Part shown: one piece after another, positions 1 to 12,669 of the stretch | Layout of the letters: the number at the start of each line of letters is the position of its first letter | How positions within the stretch are numbered: position 1 is the first letter of the stretch | NCBI RefSeq assembly: GCF_963921235.1 | Contig: NC_086108.1 | Coordinates: 13,082,001-13,146,000 of the forward strand | Length of the DNA stretch: 64,000 nt | Source: Mobula hypostoma | Lineage: Eukaryota | Direction of reading: 5' to 3' | The notes under the pieces: model-generated | What the model saw: only the letters and a program-made list of their open reading frames with translations | The model's database searches: none | What the model was told of the DNA's origin: nothing | Translations under genes and position numbers: made by a program

Positions 1-90
1 AAGGTTAAAACCAAGAGCAGAGGTGAGGGAATTATCAGTCATCCAAGGACAGTGATCGCCTAACACTCCATGGATTCTGCTTTCTTTCAG

Positions 91-210
91 ATATTGATGA
101 GTGCTTGGACGAGCTCACTTGTCCAAACTCTGAGTGTGTGAATTCCATTGGATCTTTCCACTGCCTCCCCTGCCCCACAGGATACCAGATCCGGGATCGA
201 AAGTGTACAG
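91..210 (+). CDS. LTBP4: LTBP4-like exon, cbEGF domain (D)IDECLDELTCPNSECVNSIGSFHCLPCPTGYQIRDRKCT
   Basis: tttctttcag acceptor, G|gtaaaa donor, 120 nt, phase 1-1. Has the cbEGF consensus DIDEC...CVNSxGSF-C with a C-x-x-C spacing like the corresponding LTBP repeat. Confidence 0.9.
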
Positions 211-2340
211 GTAAAACAGTTAGCGCCTCTAACCTGTAGAACTTTGAGCCTTGTGCACGTGGGAGTCATCAAATAGAACGAAAAGCTTCCTCTAACTGTC
301 AATATTTGAATTTAATATCATAGAATGTATACGACCTGAAATTCTTACTCTTTGCAGACATCCACAAAAGAGAAAACTCCCCAAAGAATGAATGACAGAG
401 AACATCAGAACCCCAAACCACCCCCCATTCCTCCTCACACACAGAAGTAGCAGTAGTGGCGTCAACTCTTCCCCTCCCCTGCTTGCTCCAGCAAAAGCAT
501 CGACCCACCCTCCCTGCACCATGCAAGGAATAGCAATGTCCCTAAAGGGATCTTGGTCAAGAGTCCATCTAAAACTTCGGTCTGTCCCAACGCTTCAGTA
601 TCTCAGACAGACCAGACAGACTCCCTCTCTCTTTCTAGCAAGTGGGAGAGAAATCACTTAAAAACATTACTAATTCGATTAAACCATTACTGCTAACACT
701 TCTTTGAAATAAATTCTGGTAAAATATCACTGCAAGCAGTGAAGAAGCAATTAAAGGTGGTGGATTCGAGAAATGGGCCTTGCTGGTATGCTGCAAAATC
801 GATGCAGCGGAGCTGGAGCCATGCCGGTTGGAGTGAACAATTCGGAGAGGAGAAGTCGAGGTTGTGGAGTTCCGATGCCCTTCCAACTAACTTGGGTGCA
901 AGGGTGGCTTGCTGTAGACACCAAGCTGATTTGGAGAGGTTGAGAATGGATTTTTCGGCAGTGTCATCTGGGCACAAAGCAAATTGCTGGGCGGCATGTG
1001 CTAGGCCTGGAGCAATTTGCGCAGCGAAGCCTGGGTCCTAATACAATCTGCCTTTGGATGATTTAAATGCCTGCCACATAGACTGGAAAGGCAGATAGTC
1101 AAGAGGTGGGTGAGGATGGATCACTTTAAGTGCCGAGCAGAGTTGGAGAGGTTAAGAACAGCTTCTTTAGCAGTGAAATCTTGGCCTGAAGTGAATGAGC
1201 TGGGTGGTATTTTCTAGGCCCGAAGTGATTTGTCACAGTAGAACCCAAGTGCTAATGTGAGGTGCGATCCACTGTGGAAAGACTGGGTGCCGAGTGTCTG
1301 GAAAGGTTGGATTGCTCTGGGCATTGAGCTGATTTGGGGAGGTCAAGAACGGCTTCTTCAGCAGTGAGTTCCAGGCCTGGAGCAGTTCGATGCAGCAGAG
1401 CCTGGGTCCTAATGTGAGGTGCGATCCGCTCTTTAGACAATGTAAACACCAGCCTGGATAGACTGGGCATCCCTTTCTTCATGACACTAAGACTCTGAGA
1501 CTGGCCCCAACTGCTGTGCTTTGTGCCTGCAAACTTTCCCGCTAATATGATGAACTGAATAACTGAATACCAAGGCTTTGGACCTACTCTAGGCTGTTCC
1601 GGGGATTTGGATCATTTTGGTTCAGAATGCTCTTGTTGGTGCTCCCTTCTATCATTTACATGATTTTTTTCTCTCTCTTTCTCTGAGGGGGTTGGTCTTT
1701 TTTTAATAGCCTTCTTTCAGGTTCCTTGCTTTGCGACTGCCTGTAAGCAAACAAATCCCAAGGTTGTATCATTTATACATTCTTTGATAATAAATGTACT
1801 TTGAATCTTTGAATCTTCTGCATCAAATGAGAATGGGTGACCAGCAGCTCACTGCTTTGATGTCTCATCAAAAACTTCCAACACAGACAATGCAGATTCG
1901 ATATAGAGTGAATCTCCTTCTACACTATCCCATTAGACATTTGCTTGGCAGGGACAACACAGACTTGCTCTAAAATAAACCTCCTCTGTGCTGACCCATC
2001 AAACACTCCCATGACAGGGATAGCACAGAGCAGACAGAGAGGAAATCTCCCTCTACACTCTCCCATCACGAGGAACAAAATGAGTCAGGGATTAAATATT
2101 TTTCTTCACAATCCCTTCAAGTGGTTCAGAAGCTGGATTAATGATGGAGTAAATCTCCCTTTGTCACATACTGTCACAAGAGGGACAACATGAGTTAGAT
2201 ATACAGCATATACTAATATCTCATTGAACTTCACATAGCAGGAACAGTATAAATTAACTGCAGGGTAAATCTCCATCTAACCATGTTGCCACACCCTTTA
2301 TGGTAGTGATAGTGTAGAGTAGATAAGAGTAAATCTATAC

Positions 2341-2406
2341 CAGGGGCTCCCAACCTTTTTTATGCCATGGACCAAAGTATTCATGGACGCCAGTTGGGAA
2401 CCTCTG
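2341..2406. mobile_element. Short hAT-like MITE (related copies at about 8735-9050 and 45735-45797)
   Basis: Imperfect TIRs caggggctcccaac ... gttgggaacctctg; the same core recurs elsewhere in the window. Confidence 0.55.
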
Positions 2407-3021
2407 CTCTGAACTCTTTCATTGTAGAATTCCATTGCAAGTAAGTCCAAGAACAATCCACATTGAGAGAAAAAATGGATTTTATTTGCTTTCCGTACAT
2501 AAAGGAAGTATATAAATTCTGTGCTAATATAGGTATGGTTAATTTGGAATCCGCTAACTATCCATTCGTCTGCGCCAGTGGTGTTGTGGTATCTGCCCCC
2601 GGACTTCTGACAAGAGGTCCCGGGTTCAAATGTGGCTGGCTCCAACACATTTTTCATCCGTGCTGGGTTGAGCACCGAGCTTGCAACTTGGCCTCGTTAA
2701 AACAAACAAACGCTAAAGAAACAGCAAGGTTGCCGCCCGACACGCCAAACAAGGCGTGTGGAGGAAATCTTTTTTTAACTATCCATCGCATGGTAAGCAA
2801 TGTCAATAAGTTCAAAATAAGAATCTCATTAAAGAGATCATCTACGGGAGAAATACTGGCGTCTTCCCCCTTCCTTCCTAGTTCTCATGAAGGGTCTCCT
2901 CCCAAAACATCGACTAATTATTCTTTTCCATAGATGCTGCCTGACCTGCTGGGTTCCTCCAGCGTTTTGAGTGTGTTACTCTGTGCTGTTCATTTATTAC
3001 TTCAGCAATACTTGAGTAATC

Positions 3022-3022
<1 letters not shown>

Positions 3023-3069
<47 letters not shown>
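3023..3069. repeat. (TG)n microsatellite
   Basis: Directly visible, about 23 units. Confidence 0.98.
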
Positions 3070-3072
<3 letters not shown>

Positions 3073-3078
<6 letters not shown>

Positions 3079-3536
3079 GCCTAAAGTAGAAGGAGATGAT
3101 ATATACAGCTCTCTTTACATGCACATGCAGTTCAACTCTTTGAGTGATTATGCAGAAAGTTTTGAAGTTAATAACTCATCAGTTAATAACGCATCAGGGG
3201 TGATTGATAAGTTTGTGGCCTAAGATAGAAGAGTCCATTTTAGAAAACCTAGCACATTTATTTTTAAACATTGTCCCCTCCTACATGTACACACTTAGTC
3301 CAGCAGTCGTGGAGCATACGGATCCCTTCTTTGTAGAAGTCGGCGTCTTGGACCTCCAGAAAATGGTCCACAGCAGGGGTGATTGATAAGTTCGTGGCCT
3401 AAGGTAGAAGAAGATGAGTTATACAGCTCTCGTTACATGCACGTGCAGTTCAACTCTTTGAGTGATTATGCAGAAATTTTAAAGTTAATAACTCATCTCC
3501 TTCTACCCTAGCTACAAACATATCAATCAGCCCTCG
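3073..3536. mobile_element. Mariner-derived non-autonomous element (partial composite)
   Basis: Repeated ggggtgattgataagttcgtggcctaag TIR modules, ending ccctcg-TA. The reverse strand reads like a mariner transposase C-terminus (...DADFYKEGIRMLHDCWTKCV...). Confidence 0.75.
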
Positions 3537-4055
3537 TATATATATTTTGATTAAGCATTCTTGTTTGTTTTAATAATTCATTGCGGGTTACATGTAAAAA
3601 TGTGTGAATCATCATCATGTCACCACATGATACATGTGCGCCTCACTAAAAGTAAAACTCAAAGTTAGATCCGCATTTTGGATTCCCGTGTCACCCTTTG
3701 AATTAGTTCAATGTTTTGAAGTTACAAAACTTAATGGTCTGGATTTCCAGCATCTGCAGAATCTCCTAAGTTTATAATCTGTTTAAAGACACATTTTTAA
3801 TGTGGTAGCTGAAGAATGTTCAGAGGATTTAGATGAGAAGAAATCTCTCACTCAGTAGGTGGTGAATCTTTGGAATTCTCTACCCAAGAGGTTCAATGTA
3901 TATTCAATAAAGAGGTAGATAATTTTTTGAATATTAAGAGAGTGGATAGATAGTGCAGATATCAAGCTGAGTTGCGGGATTTGGAGCACTGGATAATGGG
4001 CTATGTTGTAGTGGTTTTGCTGTACTGGGTGACATATTTCCCCTTGTTTTTCCAG

Positions 4056-4181
4056 ACATTGATGAGTGTGCAAGAGGTGCAGCCTGTGGAGAGGCTGGAA
4101 TGTGCATCAACACTGAAGGCTCCTATCGGTGCAGATGTAACCCTGGATACCGGCTCCGTGCTGATGGCAACCAGTGTGCAG
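4056..4181 (+). CDS. LTBP4: LTBP4-like exon, cbEGF (D)IDECARGAACGEAGMCINTEGSYRCRCNPGYRLRADGNQCA
   Basis: ttttccag acceptor, G|gtctga donor, 126 nt, six Cys, calcium-binding consensus. Confidence 0.92.
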
Positions 4182-4532
4182 GTCTGACCATCGGCTCTAC
4201 CCACAGTGCAACAGGCTCACCCACTGGTTCTCATAGTTCACTTGTATACAAATCAGTCTTTTCCAGAGTGCTGAAAAGTTTGGCCTTTCCTGGCTGGAAC
4301 ACACAACTCTGGGAATGTTGTCCTGTGTTTGTGCCATGCATTTGTATCCAGTTATTATGTCCAGCGCTAGTGTCCTGCATTTGTGCCCCAGTGCTCGACC
4401 CAGAACTATCAGTCTGGACCATTTCCTGTTTCTGCAGCAATGTCTTCCTTTTTGGCTAAACTTGGAAATTGGCCTTGGGCATGGGGAGAAGATTTTCAAA
4501 TGCTCATGTGACATTTATTCTTGTCTTTTCAG

Positions 4533-4658
4533 ATATCAATGAATGTTTTGAAGGAGATTATTGCGCCCCATATGGAGAGTGTCTGAACAGTGCAGGATCC
4601 TACACCTGTCTCTGTGCTGAGGGATTCACCACCTCTCCTGACCTCTCCACTTGCTTAG
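4533..4658 (+). CDS. LTBP4: LTBP4-like exon, cbEGF (D)INECFEGDYCAPYGECLNSAGSYTCLCAEGFTTSPDLSTCL
   Basis: cttttcag acceptor, G|gtgagg donor, 126 nt. Resembles recalled human LTBP4 DVNECLEGDFCFPHGECLN. Confidence 0.93.
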
Positions 4659-4804
4659 GTGAGGTTTCCTCGATTACACATCAGTGATACGTCAATGTGA
4701 TTTGAATTTCCCTCTTCCTTTCTCACTTCCAGTTCTCTCTTCCTTCTGAAAACTCCACCATATCCCTTCCCATCTCTCCTTCCTCCCTGTGCCTCTCTCC
4801 AAGC

Positions 4805-5380
4805 AAAGTTTAAGGTAAATGTTATTATCAAAGTGCATATATGTCTCCATATACAACCCTGAGATTCATTTTCTTGTGGGCATACTCAGCAAATCTATCG
4901 AATAGTAACCATAACAGGATCAATGAAAGATCAACCAGAGTGCAGAAGACAGCAAACTGTGCAAATGCAAATATAAATAAATAGTAATAAATAATGAGAA
5001 CATGAGATAATGAGATAAAGAGTCCTTAAAGTGAGATCATTGGTTGTGGGAATATCTCAGTGGGTGAGCAAGTGAGTGTAGTTATCCCCCTCTATTCAAG
5101 AGCCTGATGGCTGAGGCGTAGTAAATGTACCTGAGCCTGGTCGTGTGAGTCCTGAGGTTGTTGAACCTTCTATCTGATGACAGCAGTGAGAAAAGAGCAC
5201 GTCCTGGGTGGTGGGGATCTTTGACAATGGATGTTGCTTTCCTACAACAGTGTTTCATGTAGACGTGCTCGATGGTTGAGAGGGCTTTACTCATGATGTG
5301 CTGGGCTGAATTCATGACCTTTTGAAGGATTTTCCATTCAAAGGCATTGGTGTTTCAGGCAGACCGTGATCACACTGCTG
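4805..5380 (-). mobile_element. Rex1/Babar-like LINE 3' fragment
   Basis: Reads ...RKATSIVKDPHHPGRALFSLLSS.RR..LRTHTTRLR..., a C-terminal motif typical of this clade. Confidence 0.7.
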
Positions 5381-6819
5381 AATACCTCTTCCCCAGCCCC
5401 AGCAACCTGCATTAGATTTCCAGCTTTGCTCTGCATTTCCTCAGCTGTCCAATCTTTACCTGCAATTTTATCTGAAGCTTACCAATTATTTCCCACTTCA
5501 AAGAAAGGGAAGAGAGAGAGACTACGTCTGTATAATATGTTTTATTGTAAATGAGATCCTAAGACCATAAGAGATAGGAGCAGAATTAGGCCATTTGGCC
5601 CATCAAATCTGCTCCACCATTTCATCACGGCTGATCCATTTTCCTCTCAGCCCCAATCTCCTGCACCTTCTTCCTGTATCCCTTCATGCCCCGACCAATC
5701 AGGAATTTATCAACCTCTGCCTTAAATGTACTCAGTGACTTGGCTTGCACAGCTACCTATGGCAACAAATTCCACACAACTCTGGCTAAAGAAATTCCTC
5801 CTCATCTCCATTGTAAAAGAACGTCCCTCTATTCTGACATTGTGTCCTCTGGTCTTAGTCTCTCCCACCATAGGAAACATCCTCTCCACATCCACTCTAT
5901 CAAGGCCTTTCACCATTCAATAGATTTCAATGAGGTCATCCCTCATTCTCCTGAATTCCAGTGAGTAGAGGCCCGAAGCCATCAAACACTCTTCATATTA
6001 CATGTCTGAGTGTAAGTATTCATGATAAAGCGAATTTAGCAGACACATTGTCTCTCTCTCTTTTCCTCAATGTTAATTTCTTCCAGTCTCCCTTTCTCTT
6101 CGTCACACACTCCCACATTCTGACATTTTTCTTTTATGCATCTTGCTCTTCAGCATTCAATCATTTTGACATCTGAATTAATACCCTTTTGTCTCTCTGC
6201 ACTCGTTCACTACCTCGACCTACCTTCCATTTCCCCATTCATTCTCTACTCTCTGTGTTCCCCTCTATCTCCCTGTCACTTTCTGCATCTCTTATTCCTG
6301 CTTCTCCTTATTCCCCACGGGTGGAGATACGTCTCCTAAGGTGCTCTTTCCCTCCGCTACCCTGCAGGTCACCCTTGGGCAAGGTGTCACACCTGCTTAG
6401 CAACACCCCCCCCACCCAATCAGGGTCACGTGAAGCCATGGGAGCAGGTGTGGATGGTCGTATGAGCCCCTGGTGCACATCACAAGTCCTGGTTATGTGA
6501 CCACTGACGTCAGGCAGACAATCTCTGAAGAGTATTGATACTGACTGGGATCACCTTTCTTGTGAAGGCACTGCCCAGATGAAGGCAGAGACAAATGGCT
6601 TTGGTAGAAAAATTTATCAAGAACAATCACGGTCACCATGATGGCCCACATCATACAACACGACACATAATGAACGAGAGACGAGCACGTGTATCATCTG
6701 GACCTAAGAGGCCAAGTGCTGTTGGGTGGAATTAATAGGGACGTGTGCCCACTGGTCAATGTCGATGTAGTGGCTCCATGCTGACTTTAAATTCTGTCTG
6801 TCACTCCCATCTTTCCCAG

Positions 6820-6942
6820 ATGTTGACGAGTGTAGTACCGCTGGCCGCTGTGGCAAAGGACACTGCACCAACACTGTCGGCTCATTTGAGTGCTCATGTG
6901 AACCTGGATTCCGAGTCGATGCGGATCGATCTCAGTGTCTAG
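6820..6942 (+). CDS. LTBP4: LTBP4-like exon, cbEGF (D)VDECSTAGRCGKGHCTNTVGSFECSCEPGFRVDADRSQCL
   Basis: ctttcccag acceptor, G|gtagga donor, 123 nt, six Cys. Confidence 0.92.
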   Translation: MLTSVVPLAAVAKDTAPTLSAHLSAHVNLDSESMRIDLSV

Positions 6943-7919
6943 GTAGGATGTTGGACATCTTCTCCGCTGTCACTGGTTTCTGTCTTGGAACTGATCATAG
7001 CTCCAGTGACTTAGTTCGATGCTGTTCCCCACCACCCACCCCCTGCCCACCCCCTGTGCTGTGAATGGAGTTTGTAAGTTTTTGCAGTTCTCTTACCTGT
7101 GATCCAGCTTCATAAAGACATGCTCATTAGTTGTTTAACTGGCTGTTGCAAATTGTCCCAAGCGGGTAACCCTAAACCCTGGGATGGAGCATTGATGGAT
7201 GGATCCCAATAAGATCCCCATCCCCCACCCCTACTTCTATTCCTAACTCTTCCCTCCACATCCCCAGAAACTTTGGCCGACATCCCACAAATCATAGCGC
7301 CCATTCCCTACAATAAGACACCTTGCAGCTCCAAGCATAAGTAATAACCCCACCCACCTTGGCTCATTTATAATTCTAAACTTTAAAGTGGGTGTAAGGA
7401 GGAGGAAGATCCCAATAAAGGCACTTGGATCCCAACCCTAACCCTAGGTTGGAGCATTTTAGATACAAGGACAGATCAGGCTCGCTTCCCCTGGAGCAGA
7501 GGACGAAAAGTCATCATTGAGGTTAACAGAACGCAGTGAGGTTTCGAAACAGTGGGCAGCAGGAAACCTCTGTCCATGTCAGAAGTAGGTATAACTGGAT
7601 ACCTGCTTCTGGGTGGGGGGCGCGGGGAATTGATGGGACAGTGATCAGAAGGTGCACTGTACTGCCACCGCAAGACAGCAGATTTCACGACATATGCCAG
7701 TGATATTAAACCCGATTCTGATCAAGTGGGTCTCCTGTAGCGGGCGCATAATTTAGTGGGCCAAAGTGTCTGTTAACGTGCTGTAGGGCCATAACCCTAT
7801 GACACGCTGTCCAGATCCACTCAGAGTCTTACAGCATGGAAATGGCTCGTCAGACCAACAGCTTCATAGCAACCGAGATTCCCACTTCAGCTAGTCCCAT
7901 CTGCCAGTGTGTGGCTCAT

Positions 7920-8720
7920 ATCAGAATCAGGTTTAATGTGTCGTGAAATTTGTTCACTTTGTGGCAGCAGCACAATGTAATACATGTAAAAAGAAAAGCT
8001 GAATTATAGTAAGTATATATATGTATATTAAATAGTTAAATACGTAATGCAAAAATAGAAATAAAAACAAGTAGTGAGGTAGTGTTCATGCATTCAATGT
8101 CCATTTAGGAATCAGAGGGGAAAAAGCCGTTCCTGAATCACTGAGTGTGTGCCTTCGGGCGTCTATACCTCCTTCTTGACATTAATGATAGTAAGAAGGC
8201 ATGTCCTGGGTGGTGGGGGTCCTTAATGATGGAAGCTGCTTTTCTGAGGCATCGTTCCTTGAAGATGTCCTGGATGCTGCGGAGGCCAGTGCCCATGATG
8301 GAGCTGGCAAATTTTACAACTCTCTGGAGTAGCACCCACCACCATACCAGCCGGTGATACAGCCAGTCAGAATGCTCTCCATGGTGCATTATAGAGGTAT
8401 TGAGTGCTTTTGGTGACAAACCAAATCTCCTCAAACTCCTAATGAAATATAGACATTATCTTGCTTTCTTTATAGCTGCATCAATATGATGGGACCAGGT
8501 TAGATCCGCAGAGATATTGACACCCAGGACCTTGAAACCGTTCACTCTCTCCACTTCTGATCCCTCTATGAGGATTGATTCATGTTCCCTCGCCTTATCC
8601 TTTCTGAAGTCCACAATCAGCTCTTTGGCCTTACTGCCATTCAGTTCAAGCCTGTTACTGTGACACCACTCAATTAGCTGGTATATCTCTCCTCTATACA
8701 CCCTGTAGTCACCATATAAA
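7920..8720 (-). mobile_element. Rex1/Babar-like LINE 3' fragment
   Basis: ORFs 8456-8701 and 8138-8434 (LELN.SKAKELIVDFRK, FK.LGVNIS.DLTWS.H, KDPHHPGH). Has a (tcagaa)n-type tail. Confidence 0.8.
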
Positions 8721-8809
8721 TCATCTCTATAAATCAGGGGTTCCCAACCTGGAGTCCATGAACCTCTTGCTTAATGGTATTGGTCCATGGCATAAAAAAG
8801 GTTGGGAAC

Positions 8810-9043
8810 ACATGCACCATCACTTAACTCCAAAAGACTGGAAGCAGGGTAAATACTGAAAGGCTTTTATTCGCAGTAAAATGTGACCTCCATGCTGAGC
8901 GTCTGCCCCTGGACTGAGGAGGAGGAGGAGCACTGGCGAAATGTCCTCTATTCAGGGGTCTGTGGGAGGAGCCACAGGGGCAGTCAGCAGAGGGGCGTGT
9001 CCAGACAGGTAACCCAGTTACAACATATATATGGTTTACCACA
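8810..9043 (-). mobile_element. Short solo LTR inserted into the end of a hAT-like MITE
   Basis: 5-bp direct repeat GGAAC at 8805-8809 and 9044-9048. The minus strand begins TGTGGT and contains AATAAA. The other terminus is not a clean CA. Confidence 0.55.
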
Positions 9044-9246
9044 GGAACCCCAGCTCTCAGCCCTCCCCCTCCATGGACCTATTCAAGTAGTTCAGATCAG
9101 ATTCAGATTTGGATTTATTTACCATGTGTACAATGAAACATACCGTGTGATGTATCATTTGCGTTAACAAGCAATGAACCTAGGGGATGTGCTGGGGGAA
9201 GTTCGCAGGTTTTCCATACATTACAGCACCAACATAGTACACCCAC

Positions 9247-9915
9247 AGTGCTATGTCTGGCGTCCAGCTTCCAGTGCTCCCACTGCGCCCTCTTCTACGT
9301 TGGTGAGACTTGTCATAAGTTGGGGGACTACTTCGTCGAGCTCCTCTGTCCATCCGTCACAAGCAGAGCTTGCAGGTGGCCAAGACTTTTAATTCCCATT
9401 CCCTCTCCGATGTGTCAGTCTATGGCCTCCTCTTGAGCCACGATGAGGCCACCCTCAGGGTGGAGGAGCAATACCTTTAAATTTCACCTGAGTAGCCTCC
9501 AACCTGATGGCATGAATAACAATTTCTCCTTCCGGTAAAAAAAATGTTTTCTGTTCCCCCCTTTCCCCACTCTGGCCTCTTACCTCTACCTATCAGTTCC
9601 CCCAGGTCCCCTTCTCCTTCCCTTTTTCCTATTGTCCACTCTCCTGTCCTATCAGATCCCTTCTTCTCCAGTTCTTTACCTTTCCTACCCTCCTGGCTTC
9701 ACCTATCACATTCTAGCTTTCCTCTTTCCCCTCCCCCCCCCCACCTTCTTATTCTGGAGTCTTCCCCTTCCTTCTCAGTCCTGAAGAATCGTCTTGGTTT
9801 GAAACTTTGACTGTTTATTTATCTCCATTGATGCTGACTGACCTGCTGAGTTCCCCCAGCATTTTTTGTGCATTATTCTGGATTTCCAGTTTCTGCAGAT
9901 TTTCTCATGTTTATG
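9247..9915 (+). mobile_element. Degenerate Penelope-like element fragment
   Basis: GIY-YIG-like remnant (CS.C.LFYVGET...LGDYF.E), a pyrimidine-rich tract, and a decayed hammerhead motif near 9776-9815. Confidence 0.7.
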
Positions 9916-10668
9916 TTTCTTAAATGACGCCATTTCACTTGCCTGAACCACTCCATTTGGCAGCTCGTGTCCTAGACTCGCCACACTCGGGGTGGAAAAA
10001 TTGCCCCACGGGACCCTTTTAAATCTTTCCCATCTCTGAACCTATGCCCTGTAGCTTTGATTGTCCCTACCCTGGGGAAAAGACTGTCTCCATTCACCTT
10101 ATATGTGCCTCTCATAATTTTAAATGTTTCTATAAAGTTGCCCCTGATTCTTCAATATTTCAAGCAGTAAAGGCCAATCTCTCCCTATAACTGTCTCAAG
10201 TCTGTGCAAAACCCTCGTAAATCTTTTGTGCACTTTATACCATAAGACACAGGAGCAGAATTAGTGCATGAAACCCATTACATCTGCTCCACCATTCCAA
10301 TATGGCTGATTTATTATTCCTCTCAACCCTGCCTTCTTCCCATAAGCATTGATGCTCTTACTAATCAAGAACTTATCAACCTCCACTTTAAATATACCCA
10401 ATGATTTGGCCTCCACAGCTGCCTGTGGCAACAAATTCCACAGATTCACCACTCTCATCTCTGTTCTAAAGGAGCATCCATCTATTCTGAGGCTGTGCCC
10501 TGTCAGTTCTCGGTAATTTTCGATCCCTGGATTCTTTTAGGAGTTGAGGAATGAGTGACAGACTTTGATTCATTGATTCTTCATGATCATTTATCTTAAA
10601 GTTTAAAAAAAGGTATAGACAAAGACAAGTGAGATTTCAGATATTAAAGATATTTGATATAAAAAGAT

Positions 10669-10885
10669 AAACGCAAACAACAGGAATTCTGCAGATGCTG
10701 GAAATTCAAGCAACATACATCAAAGTTGCTGGTGAACGCAGCAGGCCAAGCAGCATCTATAGGAAGAGGCGCAGTCGACGTTTCAGGCCGAGACCCTTCG
10801 TCAGGAAGTCAGAAATGTCGACTGCGCCTCTTCCTATAGATGCTGCTTGGCCTGCTGCGTTCACCAGCAACTTTGATGTATGTTG
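10669..10885. mobile_element. Fold-back Penelope pLTR-derived element with 15-bp TSD
   Basis: Inverted arms at 10711-10784 and 10812-10885. TSD ttgatataaaaagat at 10654-10668 and 10883-10897. Confidence 0.85.
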
Positions 10886-11817
10886 ATATAAAAAGATGGC
10901 GCTTTTGAAAAAAAATCTATCACCTTTATACTCAAGATGACAGAAATTCCTTACATAGAGATAAACCAATTAAGAGTGTACACAATTAAAACACGTGAAT
11001 GAAGATATATGTAACTGCTATACCACCTTCTGCCAGTAAGTGGAGACAAATCACCACATCAGAATCAGGTTTATTATCACCAGCATGTGTTGTGAAATTT
11101 GTTAACTTAACAGCAGCAGTAAAATGCAATACATGATCACGTAGAAAGGAAAAAATAAATAAACCAATCAATAACAGCAAGTATATGCATGTAACCCTTA
11201 CCAGGTACTTCATCAGGGATTGCTGCTTTGCAAGGGTTCACCCTCTTTAAAGACAGCCTGACATCGGCCTTCGAGACAGAGATCACAGGGTCATCAGGTG
11301 CAGCAGGGATCTTCACAGATTTAGTTATGTTCTCCCTTTCAAAGCGGATGTAGAAGGCATTGAGTTCATCTGGTAGTGAAGCATCGCTGCTATTCATGCG
11401 ATTGGATTTTGCTTTGTAGGAAGTAATGTCTTGCAAACCCTCCCAGAATTGTCATGCATTCAATGTCACCTCCAATCATAAAACATAGGAGCAGAAGTGG
11501 GCCATTCAGCCCGAGTCTGCTCCACCATTCCATCATGGCTGATCCTGGATCCCAGTCAACCCCATACACCTGCTTTCTCACCATATCCTTTGATGCCCTG
11601 ACCGATCAGGAAACGATCAACTTTCACTTTAAATATACCCATGGACTTGGCCTCCACTGCAGTCTGTGGCAGAGCATTCCACAGATTTACTACTCTCTGG
11701 CTAGATAAATTCTTCCTTACCTCTGTTCTCAAGGGTCGTTCCTCAATATTGAGGCCGTGCCCTCTAGGTCTGGATACCCCCACCATTTAAAACATCCTCT
11801 CCATACCCACCCTACCC

Positions 11818-12653
11818 CGTGACAGGAATAAAGAACCAGCAGAGATGGAAAACACTTTGGAGTCCAGTATTGTTATTAACTAATAATATTTATTAGTAAC
11901 TACACAATATGGTAATATAAATGTAGATAAATCAAACAGGTTAGCAATGATTATATATATAAGTAAGTATATCAGTAAGTGTGGAAATATATGTATGAAA
12001 AACCAAGCTTCTTTAAGTCTAGGGGTAAAAAGATACAGTCTTACGATGATGAGTAAAGTTCAGTTCAGTTCAGTACAGTTCGTGGTATTGAGTTGAGTAG
12101 TGATGGAGAGAGAGAGAGAAAGAGAGAAAGATTTGAGTCTTCAAGTGAGCTGACGCCATCGATTTCTCGTTGTCCTTCGAAATCCTTTTAAAGTCACCGA
12201 CTGTGACCACAACAAAGGGGACCAGTTTTCTGTGGTGGAGCTATCACCCAGGCGAGGGTAGACACATGGACAACTCCCCACCGGTCAACCCCTTTCCTTT
12301 TCACTGTAAGAGCGACCGATCCTCCAAAAACCCACTTTTTCTGCGGGCACAACAAAGCTCATTCAGTGTCCAAAACATGTGTCTAGTGTCTATATCATCT
12401 GACCTCCTATTTATCTCACCGTACTGAATACCAGCTGTCATTCAAATAACTCCTCCTTCCTCTCTCTGTGTAAGAAATGCCAGCAGGAAGTATCCTTGAG
12501 GAAAGTATAAACAACCTGTGAGCAGTCTTCGTCTCTCTCTCTCTTTTAAAAACAAGCTATTGGTGTTAAAGAACTCTCTCTCTCTCTTTTCAAAAGCACA
12601 GTTAACAGGGGTAAACGAGCACAGTTCATGGGGTAATTCAGGATCCCATCACA
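11818..12653 (-). mobile_element. Solo LTR related to the LTRs at 34608 and 41117
   Basis: Termini (c)gtgaca ... atcaca. Shares blocks (ccagcaga.atgga...ttggagtc, gtctaggggtaaa, cagttcagttca, gtcaccgactgtgacc) with the Gypsy LTRs. It interrupts a CR1. No clear TSD. Confidence 0.75.
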
Positions 12654-12669
12654 AGTCCTTTGAACATTT

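Noticed and set aside
2463..2933. 156-aa ORF
   Set aside because: It runs across a tRNA-derived SINE-like element and a decayed Penelope end, with no protein motif.
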